NCBI GenBank assembly: GCA_963836235.1
Contig: CAWIIP010000001.1
Location: forward strand, 192,001-256,000
Length of the DNA stretch: 64,000 nt
Direction of reading: 5' to 3'
From: an uncultured Pseudomonadota bacterium
GTDB lineage: Bacteria > Oederibacteriota > Muellerivitia > Muellerivitales > Muellerivitaceae
Shown: positions 44,170 through 59,285 of the stretch, piece by piece
How the letters are laid out: every line of letters starts with the position of its first letter
Position numbering within the stretch: position 1 is the first letter of the stretch
Program-made: the position numbers and the translations under genes
The notes under the pieces: model-generated
Database searches by the model: none
What the model was told of the DNA's origin: nothing
What the model saw: only the letters and a program-made list of their open reading frames with translations

Positions 44170-44201
44170 AAAAGCCCTTGGGTGATGGTCCAAGGGCTTT
44201 T
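44170..44201. terminator. Terminator-like hairpin downstream of the ParB-like remnant
   Basis: AAAAGCCCTTGG-GTGATGGT-CCAAGGGCTTTT; a decayed copy lies at 59221. Confidence 0.7.
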
Positions 44202-44231
44202 AACTTCAACGGCATTCAACCACCCGAGAAA

Positions 44232-44339
44232 TTACAGCTTAAATATATCGGTAACGAGGTGCCGCATCCCCTTGCGTTCCTCGTTGCTGGCGGTCTATTT
44301 GGCGTTCTTGATGGTCATGCCTAAGATGGGTCCAAGAAG
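44232..44339 (-). pseudogene. 3'-terminal remnant of a ParB-like paralog
   Basis: Minus strand reads LLGPILGMTIKNAK*TASNEERKGMRHLVTDIFKL*, colinear with LLGTVVEMTLKNAKQTANYEERKGMRKLFKDVFDR* of the 59286 gene. Confidence 0.8.
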
Positions 44340-44436
44340 TTATGGGAACGGGCCGTTATTTTTTTAGATATTTTTTTGATTTTTAGTGATTTTGGAATAT
44401 TTTTTAAAGACGATGCTTTATGAAATTTGAGTAATT

Positions 44437-44877
44437 CTAAGAACGATCTTTCTTTAGCCAAGTTTCTTCCAAATAATTTATAAGGGCTTCAAAATGAAGA
44501 ATATCAAGGGGCTTCATGAGATAATCATCGGCAAAGGAGAACCGGGCTTTTAGCAAATCATGATCGCTTCGTGATCCAGTTAAAATAAGGACAGGAATCT
44601 TTTTTAAATTAGAGTCTTCCTTGATAGCAGAAAGGACTTCCCAGCCGCTTTTGTGGGGAAGACCCAAATCCAACAGGATGAAATCGGGTGCGAGATTGTG
44701 TGTATAAATATTCGTGGGCCGGAGATAGTCTAACGCACCTTCGCCGTCAGACACGACGGTTACATGAATCGAACGTTTTGAATGTTCCAACGCGTCTTTC
44801 ATCAACTCCGCATCCGCTGAATTGTCTTCTACTAAGAGAAATTCAACCGGTCTCGTTTGACGGGTTTCCGTTTTCAT
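44437..44877 (-). CDS. Single-domain response regulator (Rcp1-like)
   Basis: LLVEDN, ILLDLGLP, IPVLILT, YLMKP. Confidence 0.9.
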   Translation of the reverse strand: MKTETRQTRPVEFLLVEDNSADAELMKDALEHSKRSIHVTVVSDGEGALDYLRPTNIYTHNLAPDFILLDLGLPHKSGWEVLSAIKEDSNLKKIPVLILTGSRSDHDLLKARFSFADDYLMKPLDILHFEALINYLEETWLKKDRS

Positions 44878-44934
44878 AAAATGCCTCCTTTAAAAACATT
44901 TATTATTGTTTTCAAGCCCAAACCCTCTGGTGCC

Positions 44935-45426
44935 CTAAGGATTCAAATTTCTCAGGGCACCAGGAGGAAGATCCAACCTTATGTCCTTGATCCAATTCTC
45001 CTCGAGATAATTCAACAAAATATTGTATTGAGACCACTCTGTGGGTTTTAAGAGATAAGCGCTCACTCGGGTTTGATAGGCGTTCCATTTGTCGTTGTCA
45101 TGGTTTGAACTTGTCAGGATAAGGGTGGGTATGTCACTTAAGTGATAGGAGTGTTTAATTTCCTGCGCGACTTCGTGGCCATTTTTCCGCGGGATGTTCA
45201 AATCCAAAAGGATAAAATCCGGCCGGAGTGATGATAAATAAGGATTCCTATGGCGCAAATAGTTGAGGGCCTGCTCTCCGTCTTGGACTACATTTAAATT
45301 GATTGTAAATCTTGAATTTTTAAAACTTTCTTTTAGAAGGATCGCGTCACCTGGATTATCCTCGACAAGCAGGATTTCCACAGGTCTTTGCTTCGCGTTT
45401 GATCTGGATTTCTGGATGGTTTTCAT
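44935..45426 (-). CDS. Single-domain response regulator (Rcp1-like)
   Basis: LLVEDNPGD, ILLDLNIP, LILTSS, YLLKP. Confidence 0.9.
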   Translation of the reverse strand: MKTIQKSRSNAKQRPVEILLVEDNPGDAILLKESFKNSRFTINLNVVQDGEQALNYLRHRNPYLSSLRPDFILLDLNIPRKNGHEVAQEIKHSYHLSDIPTLILTSSNHDNDKWNAYQTRVSAYLLKPTEWSQYNILLNYLEENWIKDIRLDLPPGALRNLNP

Positions 45427-45689
45427 TAGGCCTCCGGTTTTCTTTTGTGAAAAAAGTTTAGTGCCGTTGCAAGGCGAAGAAGCTGGAAGGTGGTTTGGAT
45501 CAGTTACTGTTACACAAAAGGATCGGCGTATCCAGCTTCAGTCCATAGAAACTAGGGTAAACCCTAGTTAAAAATATTTTCAATCCCCTGGCGGAATTCC
45601 AATCATTTTTTTCGACCATATAATTATTCGTCGAGAAAGTATGGTAAAAATAGCTCGTGAGGGTTTGGCGTCTCTAGACACCCTTAAAA

Positions 45690-46160
45690 TTAAGTGTTAT
45701 CCATTGCCCTATTAGCTTCGGTTAGAAATCCTTTGAGCCAGATATCTTCGACGTATCTCACTAATCCCAAAAAATCATTCATTTCGGTGGGTTTGACCAT
45801 GTAAAAATTCGCTTTGGATTCATAAGCCTTCCGTTTATCCATATCCGCCAGTGAGGAAGTGAGGACGAGAACGGGTATTTCTCTTAATTTTTCGTCGTTT
45901 TTAATGGCATGAAGGACTTCCAGCCCGCCCATACGAGGCATTTTGAGATCCAAAAGAATCAGGTTGGGCAAAGGCTCAACCCCGTATTCACCAATGTTTT
46001 TGAGGTACTGGACCGCCTCCTCTCCATCCTTTACCCGGGTTATTTCGAGGGGGACTTTTGAGGTCTTAAAAACTTCAAGAGCCATATGGGCATCGGCCAA
46101 ATTGTCCTCGACAAGGAGGATTTTAACCTGATTTTCTTTTTTTAGGGTTGGAATGGCCAT
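45690..46160 (-). CDS. Single-domain response regulator (Rcp1-like)
   Basis: LLVEDN, ILLDLKMP, VLTSS, YMVKP. Confidence 0.9.
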   Translation of the reverse strand: MAIPTLKKENQVKILLVEDNLADAHMALEVFKTSKVPLEITRVKDGEEAVQYLKNIGEYGVEPLPNLILLDLKMPRMGGLEVLHAIKNDEKLREIPVLVLTSSLADMDKRKAYESKANFYMVKPTEMNDFLGLVRYVEDIWLKGFLTEANRAMDNT

Positions 46161-46619
46161 AAGTACTCCCGATTTTTGAATTTTTGATCATCGAAAGGCC
46201 CCAATGAACAGACGTTCATCGGGAATAAAATTTTATCTTTCTCAAGTCAATTTCGCCTCGAAAAAAACAGCTTCGTAAGGAAAAGCGTTTACCGGAGCCG
46301 TGCAAGTTTTTCACAACCGTAATTCGGGGACCAAGAGGATGGTACGTTTAATGCTTATGTCGAATTTAAAGGAATGGAAATGTTTTCCCAAAAAATCAAA
46401 ATGATCAAAATCGTTATTTTCCAACGAAAAAGCATTGAAATCGGTTTTCGCGAAACACCTAAAAATATTTTTTAAAAAATTCGGTCCTTCGCAGTGGAGA
46501 CGTCAAAAGATCAGGGTGTAAGATTGAATAAAGAGATAGTTGAGATTCGAACTCTTTCGGGAATATTTTCGCCGACGTAATCCCGGCCAAATTCAACTCT
46601 TGTTGTTCCGATCAAAAGA

Positions 46620-51983
<5,364 letters not shown>

Positions 51984-52028
51984 CAGTTCGTTTTTTCCGC
52001 CGGGTCCCGGATCCGGAAGGAGGCTTCA

Positions 52029-53360
52029 ATGGTTTCAAGTGAAAACCCCGTCAACATCCTCATCGTGGACGATGAACCCGCCAACCTGTTGGCCCTTGAA
52101 GCCGTTTTGGGCGGCTTGGGCCATCACTTGGTGAAAGCCCGTTCGGGTGAAGAAGCCCTTCGGAACCTGATCCGGTTGGATTTCGCCGTCATCCTATTGG
52201 ACGTACTCATGCCGGGAATGAGCGGGTTCGAAGCGGCGACCCTTATTCGGCAAAGGGGCCGGAGCCGTTACACGCCCATTATTTTCCTGACGGCGGTCGG
52301 CAAAACCGAGGCGGAGATGTTCGAGGGTTATGCCGTGGGAGCCATCGACTATCTTTTCAAGCCTTTCCATCCGGAAGTCTTGCGGTCGAAGGTCTCGGCC
52401 CTGGTCGATCTTTACCTTAAAACCCAGCAAGTGCACAGCCTCAACGTGGAAATCAGCCGCCGGGCGGCGGAACTGGAATCGGTGAACCTGATGCTGAGGA
52501 ACGAAAACGACACCCGCAAGCGGGCCGAGGAGGGGCTTCGCCGTTCCGAGGAGGAACTCAAGGAACTCAATGCCAGCCTGGAGGCCCAGGTCCTGGAACG
52601 GACCGCCGCCGTCGAGGAACGCAGCCGCCAGCTTCTTCGTTCCAACGAGGAACTGCAACAGTTCGCCTATGTGGCCTCCCACGACCTGCAGGAGCCATTG
52701 CGGACCATCATCAGCTACCTGCAGCTTCTTGAGATGCGCCACAAGGACCAATTCAACGCCGAGTCCCGGGAGTTCATGGATTTCGTGGTCAATGCCTCCA
52801 AGCATATGCGGGATTTGATCCTGGGTTTGCTGGAATATTCCCGAGTCAGCTCCCAACGTAAATCTTTCCAGCGGGTCGATTGCGGTTCGGTAGTCGGGAT
52901 GGTCCTGGATAACCTGAAGACCTCTTTGGCTGAAAAGAGCGCCGTGGTGGAGTGCGAGACCTTGCCCGAGGTTTATGGCGACCCCCTGCTGTTGGAATTG
53001 CTTTTTCAGAACCTGATCGGAAACGCCCTGAAGTTTTGCGGCAACCGGCCGCCTCAGGTGCGGGTGGGTGCCGAACGAAAGGATGGAGAATGGCTTTTTT
53101 GGGTGAAGGATAACGGCATCGGAATCGACGCGCAATATTTCGAGAGGATTTTCGTCATATTCCAAAGATTGCACAGCCGGGAGGATTATCCGGGCACGGG
53201 ATTGGGCCTGGCGGTCTGCAAAAAAACCGTTGAGCGCCACGGTGGGCGGATTTGGTGCGAATCGGAATTAAACAAGGGTTCCAGTTTTTATTTTACGATA
53301 CCCGTTCTTCAGGAAGCCGCGGGTTCGCCGACTTTGACGGCTTCATCCAAGGAAAAGTGA
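52029..53360 (+). CDS. Receiver-histidine kinase hybrid (bacteriophytochrome-type kinase core)
   Basis: N-terminal REC; FAYVASHDLQEPLR; NLIGNALKF; DNGIG; GTGLGL. Confidence 0.92.
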   Translation: MVSSENPVNILIVDDEPANLLALEAVLGGLGHHLVKARSGEEALRNLIRLDFAVILLDVLMPGMSGFEAATLIRQRGRSRYTPIIFLTAVGKTEAEMFEGYAVGAIDYLFKPFHPEVLRSKVSALVDLYLKTQQVHSLNVEISRRAAELESVNLMLRNENDTRKRAEEGLRRSEEELKELNASLEAQVLERTAAVEERSRQLLRSNEELQQFAYVASHDLQEPLRTIISYLQLLEMRHKDQFNAESREFMDFVVNASKHMRDLILGLLEYSRVSSQRKSFQRVDCGSVVGMVLDNLKTSLAEKSAVVECETLPEVYGDPLLLELLFQNLIGNALKFCGNRPPQVRVGAERKDGEWLFWVKDNGIGIDAQYFERIFVIFQRLHSREDYPGTGLGLAVCKKTVERHGGRIWCESELNKGSSFYFTIPVLQEAAGSPTLTASSKEK

Positions 53361-53600
53361 GGAAAATCCGATAGGAGGCTCAGGTTAATAGATTTACCTT
53401 AAAAGGTGACTTCATTGGCGGCTATTTGAAATAAGTAGAGGTAAAATTAAATTAACAGAAACAGCCTGATGGTTGGGGTTGACGCGCCAACGATTATCCT
53501 TTCCCTTCGCCTTTTCAAAACAATTGAAAATCGGCATTGAACATCCGGGACAGCTTTTTCAACACATTTTCCATTCCCGAAAAAATCGTTAGGAGGCGTT

Positions 53601-54053
53601 ATGGTTTCTTTAGTTCATAAGTTAAACCGGTCTATCCATGTCCTGCTGGTCGAGGACAATCTCGCGGATGTCACCCTCATCATGGAAGCCTTCAAGGGCT
53701 GCCAAAAGCCCATCCAGGTAGCCCGCGTTAAAGACGGGGAGGAGGCTCTCCGTTACCTCAGGGGCGAAGAGCGTTACAGCAAGGCCCACAGGCCCGATCT
53801 CATTCTCCTGGACCTGAACATTCCGAGAAAAACGGGTTTGGAAGTGTTGAACGAGGTTAAATCCGACCCGAAACTTCAGGAAATTCCCGTGGTGATCCTG
53901 ACCAATTCCAAAATGGAAACGGATGTCCAGAAGGCCTACGAGTCCCGGGCCAACTTTTATATCGTCAAGCCGACGGATTTGGAGGAACTCTACGCGGCCG
54001 CGCGGTACGTGGAGGATATCTGGCTGAAAAGCGTGGGAACTCCCGATGATTAA
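53601..54053 (+). CDS. Single-domain response regulator (Rcp1-like)
   Basis: AGGAGG RBS; LLVEDN, ILLDLNIP, YIVKP. Confidence 0.9.
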   Translation: MVSLVHKLNRSIHVLLVEDNLADVTLIMEAFKGCQKPIQVARVKDGEEALRYLRGEERYSKAHRPDLILLDLNIPRKTGLEVLNEVKSDPKLQEIPVVILTNSKMETDVQKAYESRANFYIVKPTDLEELYAAARYVEDIWLKSVGTPDD

Positions 54054-54123
54054 GGGCCGCCATTTGAGATGAAAGGAAAACCTTCGTCGATCAAGTTTTT
54101 ACGGTGGTTTGCAGGGGGTGGTT

Positions 54124-55452
54124 ATGAATTTAACACCAACCCGGATTTTATTGGTAGAAGATAATCCCGGAGACGCACGGCTGCTCAAAGAGACCCTCGG
54201 GGAAACAAGGGAATCCCCGTACTTGTTGGAAAAAGCCCAGAACCTCCATGACGGCCTGAGCCGCCTTTCCAAGGGCAACTTGGATATCCTCCTGCTGGAC
54301 TTGTTCCTTCCTGATTCCTCCGGCCTTTCCACCTTAGAATCAGCCATAAAAGCGGCAACCCAAGTTCCCATTATCGTGTTGACCGGTCTCAACAACAGTG
54401 AAACCGCCGTCAAATCCCTCCAGGAAGGCGCGCAGGATTTCCTGGTGAAGGACCACTTGAGCCGGGAACTTCTCACCCGTTCCATCAGCTATTCCATCGA
54501 ACGCTTCCGGCTCCATAAAAAATTGCAAGAGGACGAGGAGCGCTATTACCTCGTCGCCCAAGGTTCGCATGACGGGCTTTGGGACTGGGACCTTCAATCA
54601 GACCGGATTTACTTTTCCTCCCGCTGGAAGCTCATACTGGGCTATTCGGAAGGGGATATTGGGGAAGAACCACGCGAATGGTTTAACCGCGTCCATCCGG
54701 AGGATTTGGAAAGGGTGAAAAGGGACCTTTCCGAACACCTGGCGGGTAAGACCGCCCATTTCTTGAACGAACACAGGCTTCAACATAGGGACGGCCGTTA
54801 CCGATGGGTCTTGAGCCGGGGGCTGGCCAGTAATTCTGGCCAGGAAAAACCCACCCGCGTGGCGGGATCCTTCACGGACATCACCCATCACAAGGACATG
54901 GAAAAAAAACTGGCCTTGCGCGCCTTTTACGACCCTTTGACCGGCCTTCCCAACAGACTCCTTTTCATGGATTGCCTCAGCCGCGCCTTTACCCGCCTGG
55001 AACGCCATCCACGGGCGCTTTTCGCGGTTTTCTTCCTGGACTTGGACCACCTCAAACAGATCAATGACCTTATGGGGCACCAGGCCGGGGACGAGCTTTT
55101 GATCGAGTTTGCCCGCAGGGTGAAATCCTGCGTCAGGCCCAACGACCTGGTGGCCCGGATGGCCGGGGATGAATTCACGGTCCTTTTGGACGACATTAAG
55201 GATTTCCAAGAAGCCACGGAGGTGGCCGACCGAATCCTGGAAACAATGCGAACGCCCCTGCTATTGGGAGGGCAAGAGATGATTTCCACGGCCAGCATCG
55301 GCATCGCCTACTCCAACTGCGGAAAGGAAGAACCCGACAGTCTCCTCAAAGCCGCCGACTCGGCCATGTATCGGGCCAAGGTCGCGGGCAAAGCACGCTA
55401 TGAGGTTTTCGGAAAAACCGAAAATCCCAACGAACCCGGTTCGAATTTTTAA
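54124..55452 (+). CDS. REC-PAS-GGDEF diguanylate cyclase (AGDEF variant)
   Basis: REC; PAS (GLWDWD, VHPED); DPLTGLPNR; I-site RPND; A-site AGDEF. Confidence 0.9.
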   Translation: MNLTPTRILLVEDNPGDARLLKETLGETRESPYLLEKAQNLHDGLSRLSKGNLDILLLDLFLPDSSGLSTLESAIKAATQVPIIVLTGLNNSETAVKSLQEGAQDFLVKDHLSRELLTRSISYSIERFRLHKKLQEDEERYYLVAQGSHDGLWDWDLQSDRIYFSSRWKLILGYSEGDIGEEPREWFNRVHPEDLERVKRDLSEHLAGKTAHFLNEHRLQHRDGRYRWVLSRGLASNSGQEKPTRVAGSFTDITHHKDMEKKLALRAFYDPLTGLPNRLLFMDCLSRAFTRLERHPRALFAVFFLDLDHLKQINDLMGHQAGDELLIEFARRVKSCVRPNDLVARMAGDEFTVLLDDIKDFQEATEVADRILETMRTPLLLGGQEMISTASIGIAYSNCGKEEPDSLLKAADSAMYRAKVAGKARYEVFGKTENPNEPGSNF

Positions 55453-55862
55453 CCGAAGTGGGATTCTTTCTTTAGGTTGAGCCGGAATCCGTTGTCTCCG
55501 CGGAAAATCCCCGGCTGTTTTTTTGAAAATAAAATTCAGTTATTTATTGTTCAAAATAAATTTGAGTTATCTTGAGATACATCATCTAATTTTCATCCGC
55601 ATCAACTTGACAAGGTTTGCCTGAATCGATTTCCGGAAATTGATTTGGGCGGCTTGAACCGATTTTTAAAATAAAAATTTTCCATAAAAAAATTATTTGA
55701 GTCACCTTTACATATTCTTTACCTGTTGCGCACTGGATTTTTAAAAGTGGCGGGAGTATTTAAGTGAGGTGTTCAAATTTTTTTTAATTTTCGGCCCGCT
55801 TTGGCGGACGGGACGAAAAAATGGGTGTGGTGAAATTGCTAAAGCCTTGCGGGGGGTGATGA

Positions 55863-58800
55863 ATGACCACCGAAAAGAAGCTTGGAAGTTGGCGGAGTGC
55901 CGGCCTTTATTTTCCTTTCGTTAAAAAATTCTTTTCCCGATTCGATGGCAGCGGACAGACTGCCATAATTTTTTCCGTTACCAAGTCAACCCTTCAGCCG
56001 AAGTTTTGCTTCCGGTTATTGTTTGGTTTTGTTTTTTTCTTCTCCTCCATTGAAGCCGGCCGGGCCTGGGTGAATCCCGGCTTTACCGCAGGGCTGACGG
56101 GCTGGACGACCTCCTTTGCTAACCCCGGCCTGGCGAATGGTTGCGCCAATCCTTCGGCGACGGTGGTCAACGCGACCACGGCATCGGCGGTAGGCACCGG
56201 TGTTGCCCCTAACACGGATGGTTTACTACCGGACCATCCCGCTTGTAGTCCGGATGCGGTCCAACTTTGGCCTTCCCACGGGGAATCCAACCATGGGGAT
56301 TGGGTCCAGATCGAGCAGACCGATACGGTTCCCACTAACGGGGACACCTGCTTCAGCTTCTGGTTCGCGGGGGTTTTTGAGAACTTCCATTATTTGCAGG
56401 GCGAAACCACCAATAATTCAGACAGCTACCTGCTGATCAATATGATTGTCGGCGGTACGGTAGTGGCCAGCCTCAATTACAGCTGGGAAACCACGCTACC
56501 CCAAATCACCCAACTCACCAATGCCCAAGTCCCCGCCAACGGCGATGGTACTGTTTGTGATATCAACGGAACCCCCAATAATTGGGGTTATGTGCCTTGG
56601 ACCCCCTACGTTATCAACCTTTGCCAATACGCGGGCCAGGAAGTCACCTTTCAGGCCACTTTTTACGATTGCGACGCGGGTGGTCATTACGGTTTTGGGT
56701 ATATCAGCTGCCTGAACTGGGAGTCCTGCCCGCCGCCCGCGATGAAAATCTCCAAATCCAACAATCCTTCGGGTCTGGTCAGCGCGGGCCAGACGATCAC
56801 CTACACCATCAACTATTCAAACGCCGGAACCGGTCCCGCGGACGGGGTCGTGGTGAACGACACCCTTCCCGCCGGGACCAACCTGGTGCCGGGATTGATG
56901 ACCAGCAATCCCATCGCCTATTTTACCAGCCAAGTGGGGAACGACATCAGTTGGGACGTGGGATACGTGGCGGCGGGAGCCACCGGCAGCCTTTCCTTCA
57001 AAGTCACCGCTCCGGACAGCCAATGCGTGACCTTCACTAATGTCGCCTCGGAAACCGACCTCGCCGTAGCTTGCGGCACCGCGCCGCCGCTCTCCAATCC
57101 CGTGACGAACTGGCTGGGGGGATGTACTCTAACGCCGTCACCCACCCGTACGGCTTCGGCTACGTCCACCGCCACGAAAACCAGGACGCCATCACCCACT
57201 TATACCGCATCAAACACGACCACTAACACGGCCACTACCACGAGTACGGCCACGACCACCGCCACGAGCACGGCCACTCACTCACCGACGCCCACCTATA
57301 CGCATACGGCTTCGGCCACGGCAACGCGAACCCCCACCCCCACGGCCACCCTAACGAACACAAGTTCCGCTACCGCCACGCCGTCTCCCACTGCGACCTC
57401 CACTCCGACCTTCACTCCTACCAGCACGGACACGGCTACGCCTACCAATACTCCCACCATCACGGACACCTCCACGCCCACCCCTACGAATACCCCGGTT
57501 CCAACCCACACACCCACTTACACCTTCACGCCGGTAAACACCATTGTCGCCACGGCGGTGACAGGTCCCAGCGATACGCCGACAACAGACCCAACGCCCA
57601 TGAACACGATTGTTTCCACGGCGATAGCCGGACCGACGAACACATCGACCAATAGCTTTACGCCAATGAACACCCCGACGATTACTTATACCTACATCCC
57701 CACCAGCACCCCGGCCGCCACTAATACAGTGACATCGACAAACACGGGCATACCCACTCGAACCTACACGGATACGCCCACGCCGACTTTCACTTTCACC
57801 ATTACCAGTACGCCGACAGCGACCTTTACGGTGACGCCCACTCCGCCCTTCCAAGTGACCATGAATAAGACGGTGTCCTCCTCCACGGCGGAGTCGGGGA
57901 ACATACTGACTTATTTCTTGAGTCTTGTCGTTACGGGGAATACCGCTTACGGAGTCGTCGTAACGGATACCCTCCCGGCCGATGTAACTTATGTTGGTTC
58001 AGGGCCCAACAGCCCCTCAAGCCTCCCCACGCCGGTGGTGAACAGCACTGTGGGTCAATTGACTTGGGCCTTACCCCCCCTTAATCCGGGAACCTACCAA
58101 CTGAGATATCAAACCCAAGTCAATAATTTCCTGGTGAATGGAACCCAAATCCTTAACCAAGCGGTCATGACTTATCCGGGGTCGGTCCCGGTGACAAGCG
58201 TCGTGCCCGTGGTGGTAGCGGCGAACGACGTCGTGATTATCGCGGTGTACAACGAGGCGGGTGAACTGGTTAATCAGATCCTCGATGAAAATCAGTCCCA
58301 GCCGATCCTGAATGTTTCCCTGGGAGGCGGCAACGCCGTCACGGCAATCAACGGCCCAGGCGGGGCGGTAACGGTTTATTACGCAGGCACACCCATCGCG
58401 GTTTGGAACGGGATGAATTCCAACGGAACGCCCGCTTCCAACGGCACCTATTATCTTAAAGTGGACAATATCAACAGCCTCGGTTCGGTCGTCAGCCAAA
58501 CCCTTCCGGTGGTCGTGACCCGAAGCCTTTATCAGATAACGGTGCTGATTTACAACGAAGCGGGAGAGGTGATCCGGCATCTTTACGCTTATGTCTCCAA
58601 TCTCGGGCAGGCTTCCATCTCGGGCATGAACCTTTCCGCTTCGACCATAGCCCCCTCCGAGATGAATTCGGGTGGCGGAATGCCGACCCAATTGGACATC
58701 CTCTTAAGCAACGGGACGACGATCCTTTGGGATGGGAGGGGCGATAACGGCAATTTCGCGCAAAGCGGCCAGTATTTCGTGGAAGTCACCAACCAGGGCG

Positions 58801-59150
58801 GCGGCGCCGGCGCGGGGTCGGTCATCACCCAGCGCGTGTTCGTGGAGGACCGCAACAGCTCCGCGGGGGCCGGCGTGGTCACCGCTTGGCCGAATATCTT
58901 GAAGGTTTCCAGCGGCCCACTCGTAACGACATTCCATACCGACTCTTCCATAAGCCTGACCTTGAAGGCGTCGATTTTCACGATGGCGGGTGAGCTCGTC
59001 CAGGTGATACAGGGTACGCAGGGAAGCGACCAGGCCGCCTGGAATGCGGCCGGATTGGCCAGTGGAATCTATATCGCGGTCGTAGAAGAAACAGACTCCA
59101 GCGGCGGCCTGCTTAGCCGCCAGATGATCAAGGTCGCGATCCTCCATTGA
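55863..59150 (+). CDS. Secreted surface protein: Cys-rich unknown domain, two DUF11-like domains, Thr stalk, FlgD-like Ig domains, CTD-like end
   Basis: GQTITYTINYSN...VVVNDTLP and GNILTY...VVVTDTLP; two YNEAGE...W(N/D)G...G.Y modules; WPN...LASGIY...KVAILH. The true start may be downstream. Confidence 0.7.
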   Translation: MTTEKKLGSWRSAGLYFPFVKKFFSRFDGSGQTAIIFSVTKSTLQPKFCFRLLFGFVFFFSSIEAGRAWVNPGFTAGLTGWTTSFANPGLANGCANPSATVVNATTASAVGTGVAPNTDGLLPDHPACSPDAVQLWPSHGESNHGDWVQIEQTDTVPTNGDTCFSFWFAGVFENFHYLQGETTNNSDSYLLINMIVGGTVVASLNYSWETTLPQITQLTNAQVPANGDGTVCDINGTPNNWGYVPWTPYVINLCQYAGQEVTFQATFYDCDAGGHYGFGYISCLNWESCPPPAMKISKSNNPSGLVSAGQTITYTINYSNAGTGPADGVVVNDTLPAGTNLVPGLMTSNPIAYFTSQVGNDISWDVGYVAAGATGSLSFKVTAPDSQCVTFTNVASETDLAVACGTAPPLSNPVTNWLGGCTLTPSPTRTASATSTATKTRTPSPTYTASNTTTNTATTTSTATTTATSTATHSPTPTYTHTASATATRTPTPTATLTNTSSATATPSPTATSTPTFTPTSTDTATPTNTPTITDTSTPTPTNTPVPTHTPTYTFTPVNTIVATAVTGPSDTPTTDPTPMNTIVSTAIAGPTNTSTNSFTPMNTPTITYTYIPTSTPAATNTVTSTNTGIPTRTYTDTPTPTFTFTITSTPTATFTVTPTPPFQVTMNKTVSSSTAESGNILTYFLSLVVTGNTAYGVVVTDTLPADVTYVGSGPNSPSSLPTPVVNSTVGQLTWALPPLNPGTYQLRYQTQVNNFLVNGTQILNQAVMTYPGSVPVTSVVPVVVAANDVVIIAVYNEAGELVNQILDENQSQPILNVSLGGGNAVTAINGPGGAVTVYYAGTPIAVWNGMNSNGTPASNGTYYLKVDNINSLGSVVSQTLPVVVTRSLYQITVLIYNEAGEVIRHLYAYVSNLGQASISGMNLSASTIAPSEMNSGGGMPTQLDILLSNGTTILWDGRGDNGNFAQSGQYFVEVTNQGGGAGAGSVITQRVFVEDRNSSAGAGVVTAWPNILKVSSGPLVTTFHTDSSISLTLKASIFTMAGELVQVIQGTQGSDQAAWNAAGLASGIYIAVVEETDSSGGLLSRQMIKVAILH

Positions 59151-59285
59151 AATTCCGGCTATTTTTTTGTGTTGGCTTGTTTTGGACAGGCTCAACCCTT
59201 TGAAGCCGTTCGAGAAAAAGAAAAGCCCTTGGGGGTACCAAAGGCGTTATTACCTCAGAGTTTTTCAACCTCATCAGGAGAAGGC

